NCBI GenBank assembly: GCA_045594545.1
Contig: JAZNYQ010000050.1
Location: forward strand, 194 to 64,193
Direction: 5' to 3'
Length of the DNA stretch: 64,000 nucleotides
From: Eubacteriales bacterium
GTDB lineage: Bacteria; Bacillota; Clostridia; Oscillospirales; UMGS1783
The notes beneath the pieces are model-generated. The model did no database searches. It was not told the DNA's origin and saw only the letters and a program-made list of their open reading frames with translations. Positions 46,587-56,820 of the stretch are shown piece after piece. Made by a program: the position numbers and the translations under genes. Within the stretch, counting starts at the first letter, position 1; each line of letters begins with the position of its first letter.

Positions 46587-47945
46587 ATGTTAGAGCATTA
46601 CGATATACTGGAAACCATACAGATGCTCAAAGAGGAGCATCTCGATATCCGCACCGTCACCATGGGCATTTCCCTGCTTGACTGTGCGCATGAAGATTTG
46701 GACGTCTTTTGTCAGCGGGTGTATGACAAGATCACCAAGAGTGCCGAGTTTTTGGTGCCCCGCGCCTGCGATATTGAAAAGAAATACGGCATTCCCATCA
46801 TCAATAAGCGGGTTGCCGTGACCCCCATTTCAATTGCAGCCGCCGCCTGCAGGGGTGACGACTATGCCAAGATCGCTCAGACTCTCGACCGTGCCGCCGC
46901 CACCCTCGGCATCAATTTTATCGGCGGATACTCGGCTCTGGTTCACGGCGGGTTTACCGATTCCGATCGCAAACTGCTCGCTTCCATTCCCGAAGCCCTT
47001 TCGACCACCAACTGTGTTTGCTCCTCGGTCAACGTGGCCACTTCCCGCAGCGGCATCAACATGGATGCGGTGGAAATGATGGGACGCATCATCAAAGATA
47101 CCGCCGCCCGCACTGCCGATCGGGATTCGATCGGTTGCGCTAAGCTGGTGGTCTTTGCCAACGCACCCGAGGACAACCCCTTTATGGCGGGCGCTTTCCA
47201 CGGTGTCGGTCAGCCCGAACGGGTCATCAACGTTGGCGTGTCCGGCCCCGGCGTGGTACGCTCGGCGGTAGCCAAGGCCGGCGACTGCTCGCTGTCTGAG
47301 ATTGCTGATATTATTAAGAAGACGGCCTTTAAGGTCACCCGCATGGGGCAGATGGTGGCGCACGATGCCGCCGAAGCGCTGGGTGTTCCCTACGGCATTG
47401 TCGATCTGTCCTTGGCGCCCACGCCGGCGATCGGCGACTCGGTGGCGCACATTCTCGAAGAGATGGGCTTGGAAACCTGCGGCACCCACGGCACCACGGC
47501 TTGTTTGGCCATGCTCAACGATGCCGTTAAGAAAGGCGGTATGTTCGCCTCCTCCTTTGTCGGCGGATTGTCGGGCGCCTTCATTCCCGTTTCGGAAGAT
47601 GCCGGCATGATCGATGCCGCCCGTGCAGGCGTGCTCACGCTGGATAAACTGGAAGCCATGACGGCCGTTTGCTCGGTGGGTCTGGACATGATCGCCGTCC
47701 CCGGCGACACCCCTGCCGAAACCATTTCGGGCATCATCGCCGATGAGATCTCCATCGGTCAGGTCAACCACAAGACCACCGCCGCCCGCCTGATCCCCGT
47801 TGTGGGCAAGGGCGTGGGCGAAGAAGTGGAGTTTGGCGGACTGCTGGGCAGCGCCCCCATCATGCCGGTGCATCCCGAATCCTGCGCTCGGTTTATTCAC
47901 CGCGGCGGCCGCAACCCCGCCCCCACCACCGCGCTGAAAAACTAA
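46587..47945 (+). CDS. PFL-like UPF0210 (DUF711) family protein
   Basis: 452 aa. [28 protein letters not shown]-terminus typical of UPF0210. Confidence 0.85.
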   Translation: MLEHYDILETIQMLKEEHLDIRTVTMGISLLDCAHEDLDVFCQRVYDKITKSAEFLVPRACDIEKKYGIPIINKRVAVTPISIAAAACRGDDYAKIAQTLDRAAATLGINFIGGYSALVHGGFTDSDRKLLASIPEALSTTNCVCSSVNVATSRSGINMDAVEMMGRIIKDTAARTADRDSIGCAKLVVFANAPEDNPFMAGAFHGVGQPERVINVGVSGPGVVRSAVAKAGDCSLSEIADIIKKTAFKVTRMGQMVAHDAAEALGVPYGIVDLSLAPTPAIGDSVAHILEEMGLETCGTHGTTACLAMLNDAVKKGGMFASSFVGGLSGAFIPVSEDAGMIDAARAGVLTLDKLEAMTAVCSVGLDMIAVPGDTPAETISGIIADEISIGQVNHKTTAARLIPVVGKGVGEEVEFGGLLGSAPIMPVHPESCARFIHRGGRNPAPTTALKN

Positions 47946-47956
47946 AAATTACATAA

Positions 47957-47995
47957 AAATAACCCGCTATCCGATCGGTTAGCGGGTTTTATTTT
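47957..47995. terminator. bidirectional long hairpin terminator
   Basis: aacccgcta-t-ccga/tcgg-t-tagcgggtt, flanked by an A-run and a T-run. Confidence 0.7.
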
Positions 47996-49929
47996 TAGGA
48001 AAAGCTTATCGTATGATATTTGGTATTGCCCAATAACGGTTTGGGGTCGCGGCAGGTGAAATATAATACCTGCCTTTTCTCGGCCAGTTTACTGAGTAAT
48101 CCCAACATCTCGCCCGCCCGTCCTTCGTCGAAATTGGCGAAAGAATCGTCAAAGACGAGGGTGGGTTTCTCTTTGGTATACAGCATATCAATGAGCGCCA
48201 AGCGCAGGGCGATATACACGGCATCGGCCGTGCCGACGCTGTAAAAGTGCAGGTTGCGGGCCACGTCCTTTTCCTCGACCCGTACCTTGCCGCCGACATC
48301 GACGGCAATGCGGCGGTCGTTCTTGCCCGTCATATCCGCAAAGAAAGCCGCCGTGCGATCGGCCAGCATGGGCGCGTACAGATGCGTCATTTCCAGATGC
48401 GCGCCGTCCAAACTCTCCAGTGCCAACTGATAGGCCGCCAGTTCCTGTTCCAATGCCGTTTGCCGCTGTTGTTTCTCGTTATATTCACTCATCAGCAGAT
48501 CGAGCGAACCGACATGGCGGGTGCGTTCTTCCCACTGCATCTTCTTCTCGGCCAAAGCCACCGCCAAGCGATGCTCGGTCTCCTGCATTTCTTCCTTTTG
48601 CCGACAAAGCGCAAGGTACTCGGCATCAGCACGCCGAAAACTTTCCGCATCCATATCCGCTGCCCGCTCCTGCCGCTGACGTGCCAGCATCTGCTGCTCG
48701 GCCGCCGTGACCAGATCGTCATACAAAGCGCTGATAGCCACGGTATAATCGGGCTGATCGCCAAAGACCTGCGCCAGACTCCGATGCAGTTCGGCCGCCT
48801 CTTGATGGCGCACCATCGCCCGCTCATAGATGCCTTGACTCTCGGCATTATCCTTCGTGACACGTCCGGCCAGTATCGCATACACCACGATGGCAATCGC
48901 GCCGAGCCCGACAGCCGCCAGTCCCAGCATCGAAACGGCCAGCGCGACGGCTACGCCCGCCACGGCTAAGACCATACCGATCCCCAACAACCACAGCGGT
49001 TTTTTGCGCCATGCGGGCTCTTGAATTTGCCCCAATACATCCCGCAAGGCCGACAACCGTTGCGCTTTCAGATTGAGCCGATCGACATCCGACCGCGTGA
49101 GTCCCCCCAGCCGATCCAGCGCCTGCTGTTCGGCCTGCGCCGCTTGGTTGGCCTGTTGCAACAGGGCGTCCTTGCTTTGCTCAAATTCCCGATCGATCTG
49201 CGCCTGCCGCTGAATTTTGGCATCTTCCAAGGCTTGCCTCTCGGTCTGCACCGCCGTGATCTGCTCGGTCAAGCGGTCGCACTCCTGCGCCATGTCATTC
49301 AGTTGGGCTTGTTCCTGCCGCACCTGTTCGATGCGATAAGCCAGATCGGTAATCTCCTGTCTGAGTTCGGGCAACGCGCCTGCCCGTCCCGAATCGATCT
49401 TATTTTTTGCCTTATGCAGCGCCTGCCGTGCCTTTTCGTAGGACACGCTCTCATCGGCGCCCGTGACCATGTTTTTGAGTTTATCTTCCAACTCTTCCAT
49501 GCTCACCCGATGGAGCGACGACTGCCCGAAAAAGGCGGTACTTTCAAAGGTGTCCAAGGACAGCCCGTACATTTCCTCTCCGATCTCGCGCATCAAGGGA
49601 ATGTCCGTCGTCGTTATCGTATCGTAGGCGCGCACCGACTTGGCCCCTTCCCGCACCACCGTGACCCGACGGTTGCCCGCCGTAAAGACCATACTGCCCG
49701 CCGTTTCGCCGCCCTGCCACGGTTTAAAACGCTGGGCGGTGGTGATGGGGTTGGTGGCACTACTCCGTTCATTCTTAGGAAAACCATAAAGCATATACCG
49801 GATAAAACCGGCCAAGGTACTTTTTCCCGTTTCGTTGGGGGCGTACAGGACATTCAGCCCATCTTTTAGGTCAACCGAGGCATCACGGAATTTGCCGAAA
49901 TTTTTTAGTTCCAGTTTCTCAATCTTCAA
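47995..49929 (-). CDS. Rad50/SbcC-like AAA ATPase with central hydrophobic hairpin (YhaN/SbcE-like)
   Basis: 644 aa. N-terminal Walker A APNETGKST, long Gln/Glu-rich coiled coils, C-terminal Walker B LVFDDSF. Residues ~311-355 are uninterrupted hydrophobic sequence. Confidence 0.75.
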   Translation of the reverse strand: MKIEKLELKNFGKFRDASVDLKDGLNVLYAPNETGKSTLAGFIRYMLYGFPKNERSSATNPITTAQRFKPWQGGETAGSMVFTAGNRRVTVVREGAKSVRAYDTITTTDIPLMREIGEEMYGLSLDTFESTAFFGQSSLHRVSMEELEDKLKNMVTGADESVSYEKARQALHKAKNKIDSGRAGALPELRQEITDLAYRIEQVRQEQAQLNDMAQECDRLTEQITAVQTERQALEDAKIQRQAQIDREFEQSKDALLQQANQAAQAEQQALDRLGGLTRSDVDRLNLKAQRLSALRDVLGQIQEPAWRKKPLWLLGIGMVLAVAGVAVALAVSMLGLAAVGLGAIAIVVYAILAGRVTKDNAESQGIYERAMVRHQEAAELHRSLAQVFGDQPDYTVAISALYDDLVTAAEQQMLARQRQERAADMDAESFRRADAEYLALCRQKEEMQETEHRLAVALAEKKMQWEERTRHVGSLDLLMSEYNEKQQRQTALEQELAAYQLALESLDGAHLEMTHLYAPMLADRTAAFFADMTGKNDRRIAVDVGGKVRVEEKDVARNLHFYSVGTADAVYIALRLALIDMLYTKEKPTLVFDDSFANFDEGRAGEMLGLLSKLAEKRQVLYFTCRDPKPLLGNTKYHTISFS

Positions 49930-51022
49930 ATCCCGTCAACTCCTCTCCGGCCAAGGCCGCCAGTCCTAAACTGACTGCACGCTCACGGATGCTCGTCTCG
50001 GCATCATTATCCTGCAACACCCGACGCATATACAAGCCCGTCAGGGTATTTTCCTTTAATAATTGCTCATGATCGGGAGCCAAGCGGGTCTTATCCACCA
50101 CTTTGACGAAGGCCACGCCCACCGCCTGCCGTATGGCGGGCCGATGCAACAACAACTGTGACGGACGCGAGCCGGTCAGCACCAGTTTTAATAACAGTTC
50201 GGGATCGGCACAGGCCAACCGCCCCCGCACACAAGAGAGGACATCCATCATCGACCGGGCACCGCTGATATCCACTTCCAGTGTTTCAAACCGTCCGACG
50301 GGGGTCGAAACAAAGGTCAGATCCACCATACCTTTGCCGACCTGTCCGACCAGATATCCCTTTTCGCCCGTTTCGTCAAAGCCGCGTCCGACCAAGGTGC
50401 CGGGATAGGCATAATAAGTATGGCCCGCCTGACGCAGACCCGAATAGGTATGCACGTGTCCCAAGGCCAGATAGTCCAAACCGCTGGCCGCGATCTGATC
50501 GAGAGTAATGGGCTGATAGAGCTGATGCCCGCCAAAGCCCTGTACCTGCGAATGGATACACATCAGATTGATACGGGACGGGTCTTCCACGCGAAAATCG
50601 GCCAAGGGCTGATCTTCGCTGTTTTCGTGCAGACATCCCACGCCGTACACGGTGAAATCCTCAAAATCCAGTTTCTCGATCCCGCCCGTTTCGAAAATAT
50701 GCAGGTTATCGGGGCGCACCAACCGGCGATAGGGTGAGGTACCGTACAGGCAATCGTGATTGCCGGGGGCTACGAAAAACTCGGTATGCGGATACTTCGC
50801 CGCCACGGCAGACAACAGGCGAACCGACTCGCCCGTCGCCTCTGCATTATCAAACAGATCCCCCGCCAGCAATACCACGCGCACCCCCTGCTCGCCCGCA
50901 CCCGTCAGGGCGGCGGCAAAGGCGTTGCGGATGGCCTGACGGCGCAACTGCGCCACCCCCACGGGCAGATCCCGAAAGGGGGTATCCAAATGGGTGTCGG
51001 CTATATGCACAACCGATATCAT
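49919..51022 (-). CDS. SbcD/Mre11-like metallophosphoesterase nuclease (YhaO/SbcF-like)
   Basis: 367 aa. HIADTHLD, AGDLFD and GNHD motifs. Overlaps the ATPase gene by 11 nt. Confidence 0.8.
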   Translation of the reverse strand: MISVVHIADTHLDTPFRDLPVGVAQLRRQAIRNAFAAALTGAGEQGVRVVLLAGDLFDNAEATGESVRLLSAVAAKYPHTEFFVAPGNHDCLYGTSPYRRLVRPDNLHIFETGGIEKLDFEDFTVYGVGCLHENSEDQPLADFRVEDPSRINLMCIHSQVQGFGGHQLYQPITLDQIAASGLDYLALGHVHTYSGLRQAGHTYYAYPGTLVGRGFDETGEKGYLVGQVGKGMVDLTFVSTPVGRFETLEVDISGARSMMDVLSCVRGRLACADPELLLKLVLTGSRPSQLLLHRPAIRQAVGVAFVKVVDKTRLAPDHEQLLKENTLTGLYMRRVLQDNDAETSIRERAVSLGLAALAGEELTGFED

Positions 51023-51834
51023 CCTTCATTCTCCTTTCCTATACTTAGAAATGCAGCCAGACTTCCTCTTGCCGCCCCTTGGCGGCGATGGGAAAAATAC
51101 CGCTCATCGTGGCAGGTACATTCGCCCGCCACCGTAATGTGTTCTTCTAAAATCCCCGCGCGCAGGAGCATCTTGCGATTGGCCGTCCACAGATCGGCAA
51201 AGGGTTTCGGGTTATCCCCATGATAGACCAGAGCCCCGCCCTCGGCCGCCTCGTCAATGGCCTGCCCGACATCCGTTGACACCTCATAGCAACAGGGACC
51301 GGCGCTGGGGCCGATGGCCGCCAGTATATCCTGCGGGCGGCAACCGTATTCTTTTACCATGGCCGCTACCGCTTTACCCGCAATGTTCTGCACCGTACCC
51401 CGCCAACCGGCGTGCACCAGAGCGATCGCCCGCCGCACGGGGTCAGCCAGAAAAACAGGGGTGCAATCGGCATGAAAAGTGACCAAAGTCACACCCGCTT
51501 CATCGGTCATCAGTCCGTCGACATCGGCAAAAGTTTTCTTGGTGATCCCTTCACCGCCGTCGGCGCGGGTCACTTTACGGATGTGGTCGGTATGGGTCTG
51601 TGCCGCCAACACCAACGAGTCCATGCTCACACCAATCGCCTGTGTCAATCGTCGATAATTTTCCAGCACATTCTCCCGCGCATCGCCACGGGAAAAACCC
51701 AGATTGAGAGAAGCCAACCCATCCTGACTGACTCCGCCGTGACGGGTGGAAAAGGCATGACGAAACCCCGCCCGTGTAAAGGACGGTATCGTCAAGTATT
51801 CAAGTTGTCCTTGCTGTTGATGACAAAATCCCAT
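51019..51834 (-). CDS. pgeF: peptidoglycan editing factor PgeF (YfiH/DUF152 family)
   Basis: 271 aa. AFSTRHGGVS, FHADC and HAGWRG motifs. 4-nt overlap with the sbcD-like start. Confidence 0.85.
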   Translation of the reverse strand: MGFCHQQQGQLEYLTIPSFTRAGFRHAFSTRHGGVSQDGLASLNLGFSRGDARENVLENYRRLTQAIGVSMDSLVLAAQTHTDHIRKVTRADGGEGITKKTFADVDGLMTDEAGVTLVTFHADCTPVFLADPVRRAIALVHAGWRGTVQNIAGKAVAAMVKEYGCRPQDILAAIGPSAGPCCYEVSTDVGQAIDEAAEGGALVYHGDNPKPFADLWTANRKMLLRAGILEEHITVAGECTCHDERYFSHRRQGAARGSLAAFLSIGKENEG

Positions 51835-51978
51835 GGAACACTCCTCTCTTTTCTTCTATCATATCATTTCCCGCCCGTTTCTGACAAGGAGAAAACCAAA
51901 TAATTTCTCCCTCAATGAAAATTTTCCATTTGTCTATTGGTAAAGTTGCACAAAATTTAATAACTTATTAAAAAATCA

Positions 51979-52007
51979 TTGCGGTTTGAGCGAGAATTCG
52001 TTATAAT
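51979..52007 (+). promoter_or_regulatory. sigma-A promoter of the EF-G paralog
   Basis: TTGCGG (51979-51984), 17-nt spacer, TATAAT (52002-52007). Confidence 0.6.
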
Positions 52008-52057
52008 GATTTTGTTAGGCGCTATATCGTTTTAGCGTGAGAAAGGAGAAAAACCAA

Positions 52058-54115
52058 ATGAAAGATTATGCCCAGTCCAATCTGAGAAACATCTGCCTTG
52101 CCGGTCACGGCTCGGCCGGTAAAACCTGTTTGACCGAGGCCCTCTTGTTTACCTCGAAGGCCATCGACCGTCCGGGTAATATTGCCGCAGGTAACACCTG
52201 CTCAGACTTTGATGCTGAAGAAACCAAGAGAGGAATTTCCATCTCCGCATCGGTCTGTCCGGTTGAGTGGAAGGACTGCAAGATCAATATTATAGATACA
52301 CCGGGATTTTTTGACTTTGTCGGTGAAGCCCATCAGGGCATTCAGGCCGCTGACACCACCTTGATCGTCGTTTCGGCAAAAGACGGCGTAGAAGTGGGCA
52401 CCGAACACATCTTCGGTTATGCCGGCACCAAGCCCCGCGCTTTCTTCGTTACCAAACTGGATGAGGAGCACGTGAACTACTCCCACACATTGGAAGATCT
52501 GTCCAAGATCTTCGGCATCAGCGTATGCCCCATCACCCTGCCTTTGATCGACGGTGATAAGGTCGTCGGATATGTTGACCTGCTGCAAAACAAGGCGGTT
52601 GACTTAAAGGGCAATGATATTCCCATTCCGGCCGACGTACCCAAGATGGATATGTATCAGCACAAGTTGGTTGAAGGCATTGCCGAGACCGACGAAGAGT
52701 TGATGGAGAAATATTTCAACGATGAGCCCTTTACTCCCGAAGAGATCCGCAAGGGCGTCGTGGCCGGTATTGCCGCCGGCACCCTGCTTCCCGTCTTTGC
52801 CGGTACCTGCAACGATCAGGGCGGCGTATCCTTGCTCTTGGATGACATTGTGAAATTCTTCCCCTCCCCCGGTTACCGTGACGTTATCGAGGGTCAGAAT
52901 ATCCGCGGCGAGTCCATCGAGATTGAGATCGGCGAGAATGAGCCTTTCTCGGCTTTCGTATTCAAAACGGTGGCCGACCCGTTTGTGGGCAAGATGTCCT
53001 ATTTCCGTGTTACTTCCGGTACGCTGACTACCGATAAGTCCATCATCAATACCGTTTCGGGACAGACCGAAAAGATCGGCCGCATCTATGTCATGCGCGG
53101 CAAGAAACAGATCGAAGTTTCCAAGCTGTCCTCGGGTGATATCGGTGTCGTTACCAAACTTACCAACACCAACACCGGCGACACCTTGTGCGAGGCGTCC
53201 CGCCCCTGCATTCTGCCGGGCATTCACCGCGAACTGCCCGCGCCTTGCCTGAGCATGGCCGTCACGCCCAAGACCAAGGGTGACGAAGATAAGATCGCCG
53301 GCGGTCTGCAGAGATTGTGCGAAGAGGATATTACCATCGCCTATCAGCTCGACCGCGAGACCAAGCAGCAGTTGCTGTCGGGTCTGGGCGAGATGCATCT
53401 GGATGTTATCGTATCTAAACTGAAAAACAAATTCGGTGTTGCCGTCGATCTGGCCACGCCCCGCGTTCCCTACCGTGAGACTATTAAGAAGAAGGTCAAG
53501 GTCGAAGGAAAACACAAGAAGCAGTCGGGCGGTCACGGTCAGTACGGTCATGTCTGGATCGAGTTTGAGCCGGGCGTAGAGTCCGATCTGGTCTTTGAAG
53601 AGAAGATCTTCGGCGGTTCGGTTCCCAAGAACTTCTTCCCTGCCGTTGAAAAGGGCTTGCGTGACAGCGTCAAGCACGGCGTACTGGCGGGTTATCCCGT
53701 TGTCAATCTCAAAGCCACCCTGCTCGACGGATCCTACCACCCCGTAGACTCCAATGAGTTGGCCTTTAAGGTGGCCGCCGGCTTGGCCTTTAAGGCGGGC
53801 TTGCCGCAGGCCAATCCCGTACTGCTTGAGCCGATCGGTATGCTCAAAGTAGTTGTGCCCGAAGTGTTGACCGGTTCGGTCATCAGTGACCTCAACCGCC
53901 GTCGCGGCACCATGCTGGGCATGAACCCGATGGGCGGCGGCACGCAGGAGATCATGGGTGAAGTTCCCATGAGCGAGATGCACACCTACGCCACCGACCT
54001 GCGTTCTCTCACCCGTGGGCGCGGCTCTTTCGAGTTCAAGTTTGAACGCTATCAGGAAGCCCCTGCTCCGGTAGCGCAAAAGGTCATTGCCGAGGCGCAA
54101 AAAGAAGAAAACTAA
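52058..54115 (+). CDS. elongation factor G paralog (EF-G2 type)
   Basis: ORF 52037..54115, trimmed to ATG 52058 (AAGGAG RBS). G1 reads GHGSAGKT rather than the AHIDAGKTT of canonical EF-G. DTPG G3 motif. Full five-domain length. Confidence 0.88.
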   Translation: MKDYAQSNLRNICLAGHGSAGKTCLTEALLFTSKAIDRPGNIAAGNTCSDFDAEETKRGISISASVCPVEWKDCKINIIDTPGFFDFVGEAHQGIQAADTTLIVVSAKDGVEVGTEHIFGYAGTKPRAFFVTKLDEEHVNYSHTLEDLSKIFGISVCPITLPLIDGDKVVGYVDLLQNKAVDLKGNDIPIPADVPKMDMYQHKLVEGIAETDEELMEKYFNDEPFTPEEIRKGVVAGIAAGTLLPVFAGTCNDQGGVSLLLDDIVKFFPSPGYRDVIEGQNIRGESIEIEIGENEPFSAFVFKTVADPFVGKMSYFRVTSGTLTTDKSIINTVSGQTEKIGRIYVMRGKKQIEVSKLSSGDIGVVTKLTNTNTGDTLCEASRPCILPGIHRELPAPCLSMAVTPKTKGDEDKIAGGLQRLCEEDITIAYQLDRETKQQLLSGLGEMHLDVIVSKLKNKFGVAVDLATPRVPYRETIKKKVKVEGKHKKQSGGHGQYGHVWIEFEPGVESDLVFEEKIFGGSVPKNFFPAVEKGLRDSVKHGVLAGYPVVNLKATLLDGSYHPVDSNELAFKVAAGLAFKAGLPQANPVLLEPIGMLKVVVPEVLTGSVISDLNRRRGTMLGMNPMGGGTQEIMGEVPMSEMHTYATDLRSLTRGRGSFEFKFERYQEAPAPVAQKVIAEAQKEEN

Positions 54116-54124
54116 CCCGAATTT

Positions 54125-54159
54125 TCAGGAATGCGGCTATCCGCATTCCTGATTTTTTT
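54125..54159 (+). terminator. rho-independent terminator after the EF-G paralog
   Basis: tcaggaatgcgg / ccgcattcctga stem with a ctat loop, followed by T7. Confidence 0.8.
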
Positions 54160-54250
54160 GTGAAATTTTAATTTTTTGTGAATTAGATATTGTGAAATCA
54201 ACAAATTCGGTGTATAATATGATGACAATACTCTCAAGTGAGGTGTAAGT

Positions 54251-54598
54251 ATGCTTAAAATCAACGGCATTAATGGAGACATTTATTTGGCCGATTCGGT
54301 CATCGCCCGCTTGGTTGGGTGCGAAGCTTCCGCCTGCTTCGGCGTGGTCGGCATGGCCGCCCGCAATGCGGCAGACAGTGTAGTTTCTCTGCTCTCCCGT
54401 GACAATATGGAAAAGGGCGTCAATGTACGCTACGAACATAATCAGTTGTATATCGACCTGCATATCATCATTTCCCACGGCGTGAATATTCCCGCCATTT
54501 CGCAGGCGATCGAGGAAAAGGTAAGTTACAGTGTCGAGAAATTCACCGGCGTCCCCGTGCGCAGTGTGCGAATTTTTGTCGATTCGATCAAGGCGTAA
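54251..54598 (+). CDS. Asp23/Gls24 family envelope stress protein
   Basis: 115 aa. VIARLVGCEASACFGVVGM and GVNIPAISQAIEEKV patterns. Confidence 0.85.
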   Translation: MLKINGINGDIYLADSVIARLVGCEASACFGVVGMAARNAADSVVSLLSRDNMEKGVNVRYEHNQLYIDLHIIISHGVNIPAISQAIEEKVSYSVEKFTGVPVRSVRIFVDSIKA

Positions 54599-54622
54599 GT
54601 GCGCCGATAGTGAGGTAATATT

Positions 54623-56257
54623 TTGGAACTGACATCAACCCTGCTGCGGGACATGATCGTATCCGCGGCCAATCATCTTGAAAATAAAAAGCAGCCGGTC
54701 AACGACCTGAACGTATTCCCCGTCCCCGACGGCGATACCGGCACCAATATGTCGCTCACCCTCGGCGCCGCCCGCAAAGCGGTGCTGGAACTGGATACCG
54801 ACGAGGTAGGCGTAGTAGCCAATGCCGCCGCCAACGCTTTGATCCGCGGCGCCCGCGGTAACTCCGGTGTTATCCTTTCCCTGCTTTTCCGCGGTCTTGC
54901 CAAAGGCCTTAAGGGTATGGCCACCGCAAAAGCCAAAGACTATGCCCGCGCCGCCACTTTAGGTTGTGAGGGTGCGTATAAGGCTGTTATGAAACCGACG
55001 GAAGGTACCATTCTCACCGTCGCCCGTCTGTCGGCCGCCGCCGCCGTGCGCGCCGCCAACAGCGGTATGGATCTCAAAAAGGTCTTTGACGCCCAGCTCA
55101 ACGCCGCTAAAGAAGCGCTCAAACAAACGCCCGAAATGCTGCCCGTTCTCAAACAGGCAGGCGTGGTCGATGCCGGCGGTCAGGGCTATGTTATCGTACT
55201 GGAAGGGATGCGCAGCGTCCTGTTTGATAACAAGATCATCGAAGCCAAGGAGCACGAGGAAGAAGTGGCTTCCACGGCTGATTTCGATACCTTCGACACC
55301 GAGGAGATCAACTTTGCTTATTGCACCGAGTTCCTCATCGACAAAGCCGATCCCGATTCGGAAGCCGACGATTTCCGTTCCTATCTGCAAACCATCGGCG
55401 ACTGCGTGGTAGTCGTAGATGCCGGTGACTTTATTAAAACTCACGTGCACACCAACAATCCCGGTCTGGCCTTAGAAGCCGCCGTTAAACTCGGCATGCT
55501 CAACAAGATCAAGATCGAGAACATGAAGGAACAGCACACCGCTCTGATTACGGATGCCCAACCCAAGGCCGAGGAGCCGGCTAAACCTGCCGAGCCCGAA
55601 AAACCTTACGGTTTTGTTGCGGTAGCCGCCGGCGAAGGCTTCCACACAGTACTGAAAGATCTGGGGGTTGACAACATCATCTCCGGCGGTCAGACCATGA
55701 ACCCCTCCACCGAGGATATCCTCAACGCCATCGACCGCACCCCCGCTGAGACCGTGTTTGTTCTGCCCAACAATAAAAATATCATTATGGCGGCTGAGCA
55801 GTGCATCGACCTGACCGAAAAGAATGTCGTTGTTCTGCCTACCAAGACGGTGCCTCAGGGCATTACCGCCATTTTCGCTTTCGACCCCGACGCCGATGCC
55901 GACACCAATACCGCCGCCATGACCGAGGCCGCCGGTACCGTCACCACCATGTCGGTTACCTACGCCGCCCGCGACAGTCTGTTTGACGGGCTGGAGATCA
56001 AGAAGGGCGACTATCTGGGCATGGTCAACGGCAAGGTGCTGGAGGTAGAGCGCTCGCTGGCCGACTGCATCGGCAAAATGGCCGACGAAGGTCTGCACGG
56101 CGATGAAACCTATATCAACATCTTCTACGGCGAGGGCGTGACCGAAGAACAGGCCACCGAGGCCCAAACATTACTGTCCGAGCACCTGCCCGATGCCGAG
56201 ATCAACGTCATCAACGGCGGTCAACCCGTATATTACTTTGTGATTTCGGCCGAATAA
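54623..56257 (+). CDS. DAK2 domain protein (YloV-like)
   Basis: 544 aa with a TTG start. LNVFPVPDGDTGTNM Dak2 motif. Conserved pairing with the Asp23 gene. Confidence 0.88.
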   Translation: MELTSTLLRDMIVSAANHLENKKQPVNDLNVFPVPDGDTGTNMSLTLGAARKAVLELDTDEVGVVANAAANALIRGARGNSGVILSLLFRGLAKGLKGMATAKAKDYARAATLGCEGAYKAVMKPTEGTILTVARLSAAAAVRAANSGMDLKKVFDAQLNAAKEALKQTPEMLPVLKQAGVVDAGGQGYVIVLEGMRSVLFDNKIIEAKEHEEEVASTADFDTFDTEEINFAYCTEFLIDKADPDSEADDFRSYLQTIGDCVVVVDAGDFIKTHVHTNNPGLALEAAVKLGMLNKIKIENMKEQHTALITDAQPKAEEPAKPAEPEKPYGFVAVAAGEGFHTVLKDLGVDNIISGGQTMNPSTEDILNAIDRTPAETVFVLPNNKNIIMAAEQCIDLTEKNVVVLPTKTVPQGITAIFAFDPDADADTNTAAMTEAAGTVTTMSVTYAARDSLFDGLEIKKGDYLGMVNGKVLEVERSLADCIGKMADEGLHGDETYINIFYGEGVTEEQATEAQTLLSEHLPDAEINVINGGQPVYYFVISAE

Positions 56258-56259
56258 GT

Positions 56260-56769
56260 ATGGATAATCTTGATTTCTTATATTCCCGCCGCAGTATGCG
56301 CCGCTATACCGATCAACCGGTATCGGCCGAACAACTGCAGGCCATTCTCAAGGCGGCTATGCTGGCCCCTTCCAGCCGCAACGGTCAACCGTGGCATTTT
56401 GTCGTCATTCGTGACGCCGCCACCCGCGAAGCGTTGATGGAATATCAACCGAATATGTCCTTTGCCCGCTATGCGGATACGGTGATCCTTGTCTGTGCCG
56501 ACACGACCATCACCACCGCCCCGCAAGCCCATTCCGATTGCGCCGCCGCCACCATGAATATTTTGCTGGCCGCTCACGCACAGGGGCTGGGCGCCTGCTG
56601 GTGCGCCGTCCATCCGTATGAGGATCGGCAGACGGCCATCGCCGAACTGTGCCATATTCCGGAACATATCTGCATCTTCTCTGCGGTCACCGTCGGTCAC
56701 CCCGGCAAGGAGAATCCACCTGTGCCCGACCGATTCCGTGATGACCGTATACATAATGAAACATGGTAA
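56260..56769 (+). CDS. nitroreductase family protein
   Basis: 169 aa. RRSMRRYTDQPV and APSSRNGQPWHFVVI motifs. Confidence 0.8.
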   Translation: MDNLDFLYSRRSMRRYTDQPVSAEQLQAILKAAMLAPSSRNGQPWHFVVIRDAATREALMEYQPNMSFARYADTVILVCADTTITTAPQAHSDCAAATMNILLAAHAQGLGACWCAVHPYEDRQTAIAELCHIPEHICIFSAVTVGHPGKENPPVPDRFRDDRIHNETW

Positions 56770-56820
56770 ATTGCACGGGGAGGGTCACCTCCCCGTTTGC
56801 CAAGATTGTGAGGTATCTCC

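Noticed and set aside
51885-52062. Near-duplicate RBS-like strings: aaggagaaaaccaaat (51887-51902) and aaggagaaaaaccaaat (52044-52060, the real EF-G2 RBS and start).
   Set aside because: The match is only about 16 nt of A-rich sequence. The first copy is followed by ATAA, not a start codon. It is probably chance or a trivial remnant.
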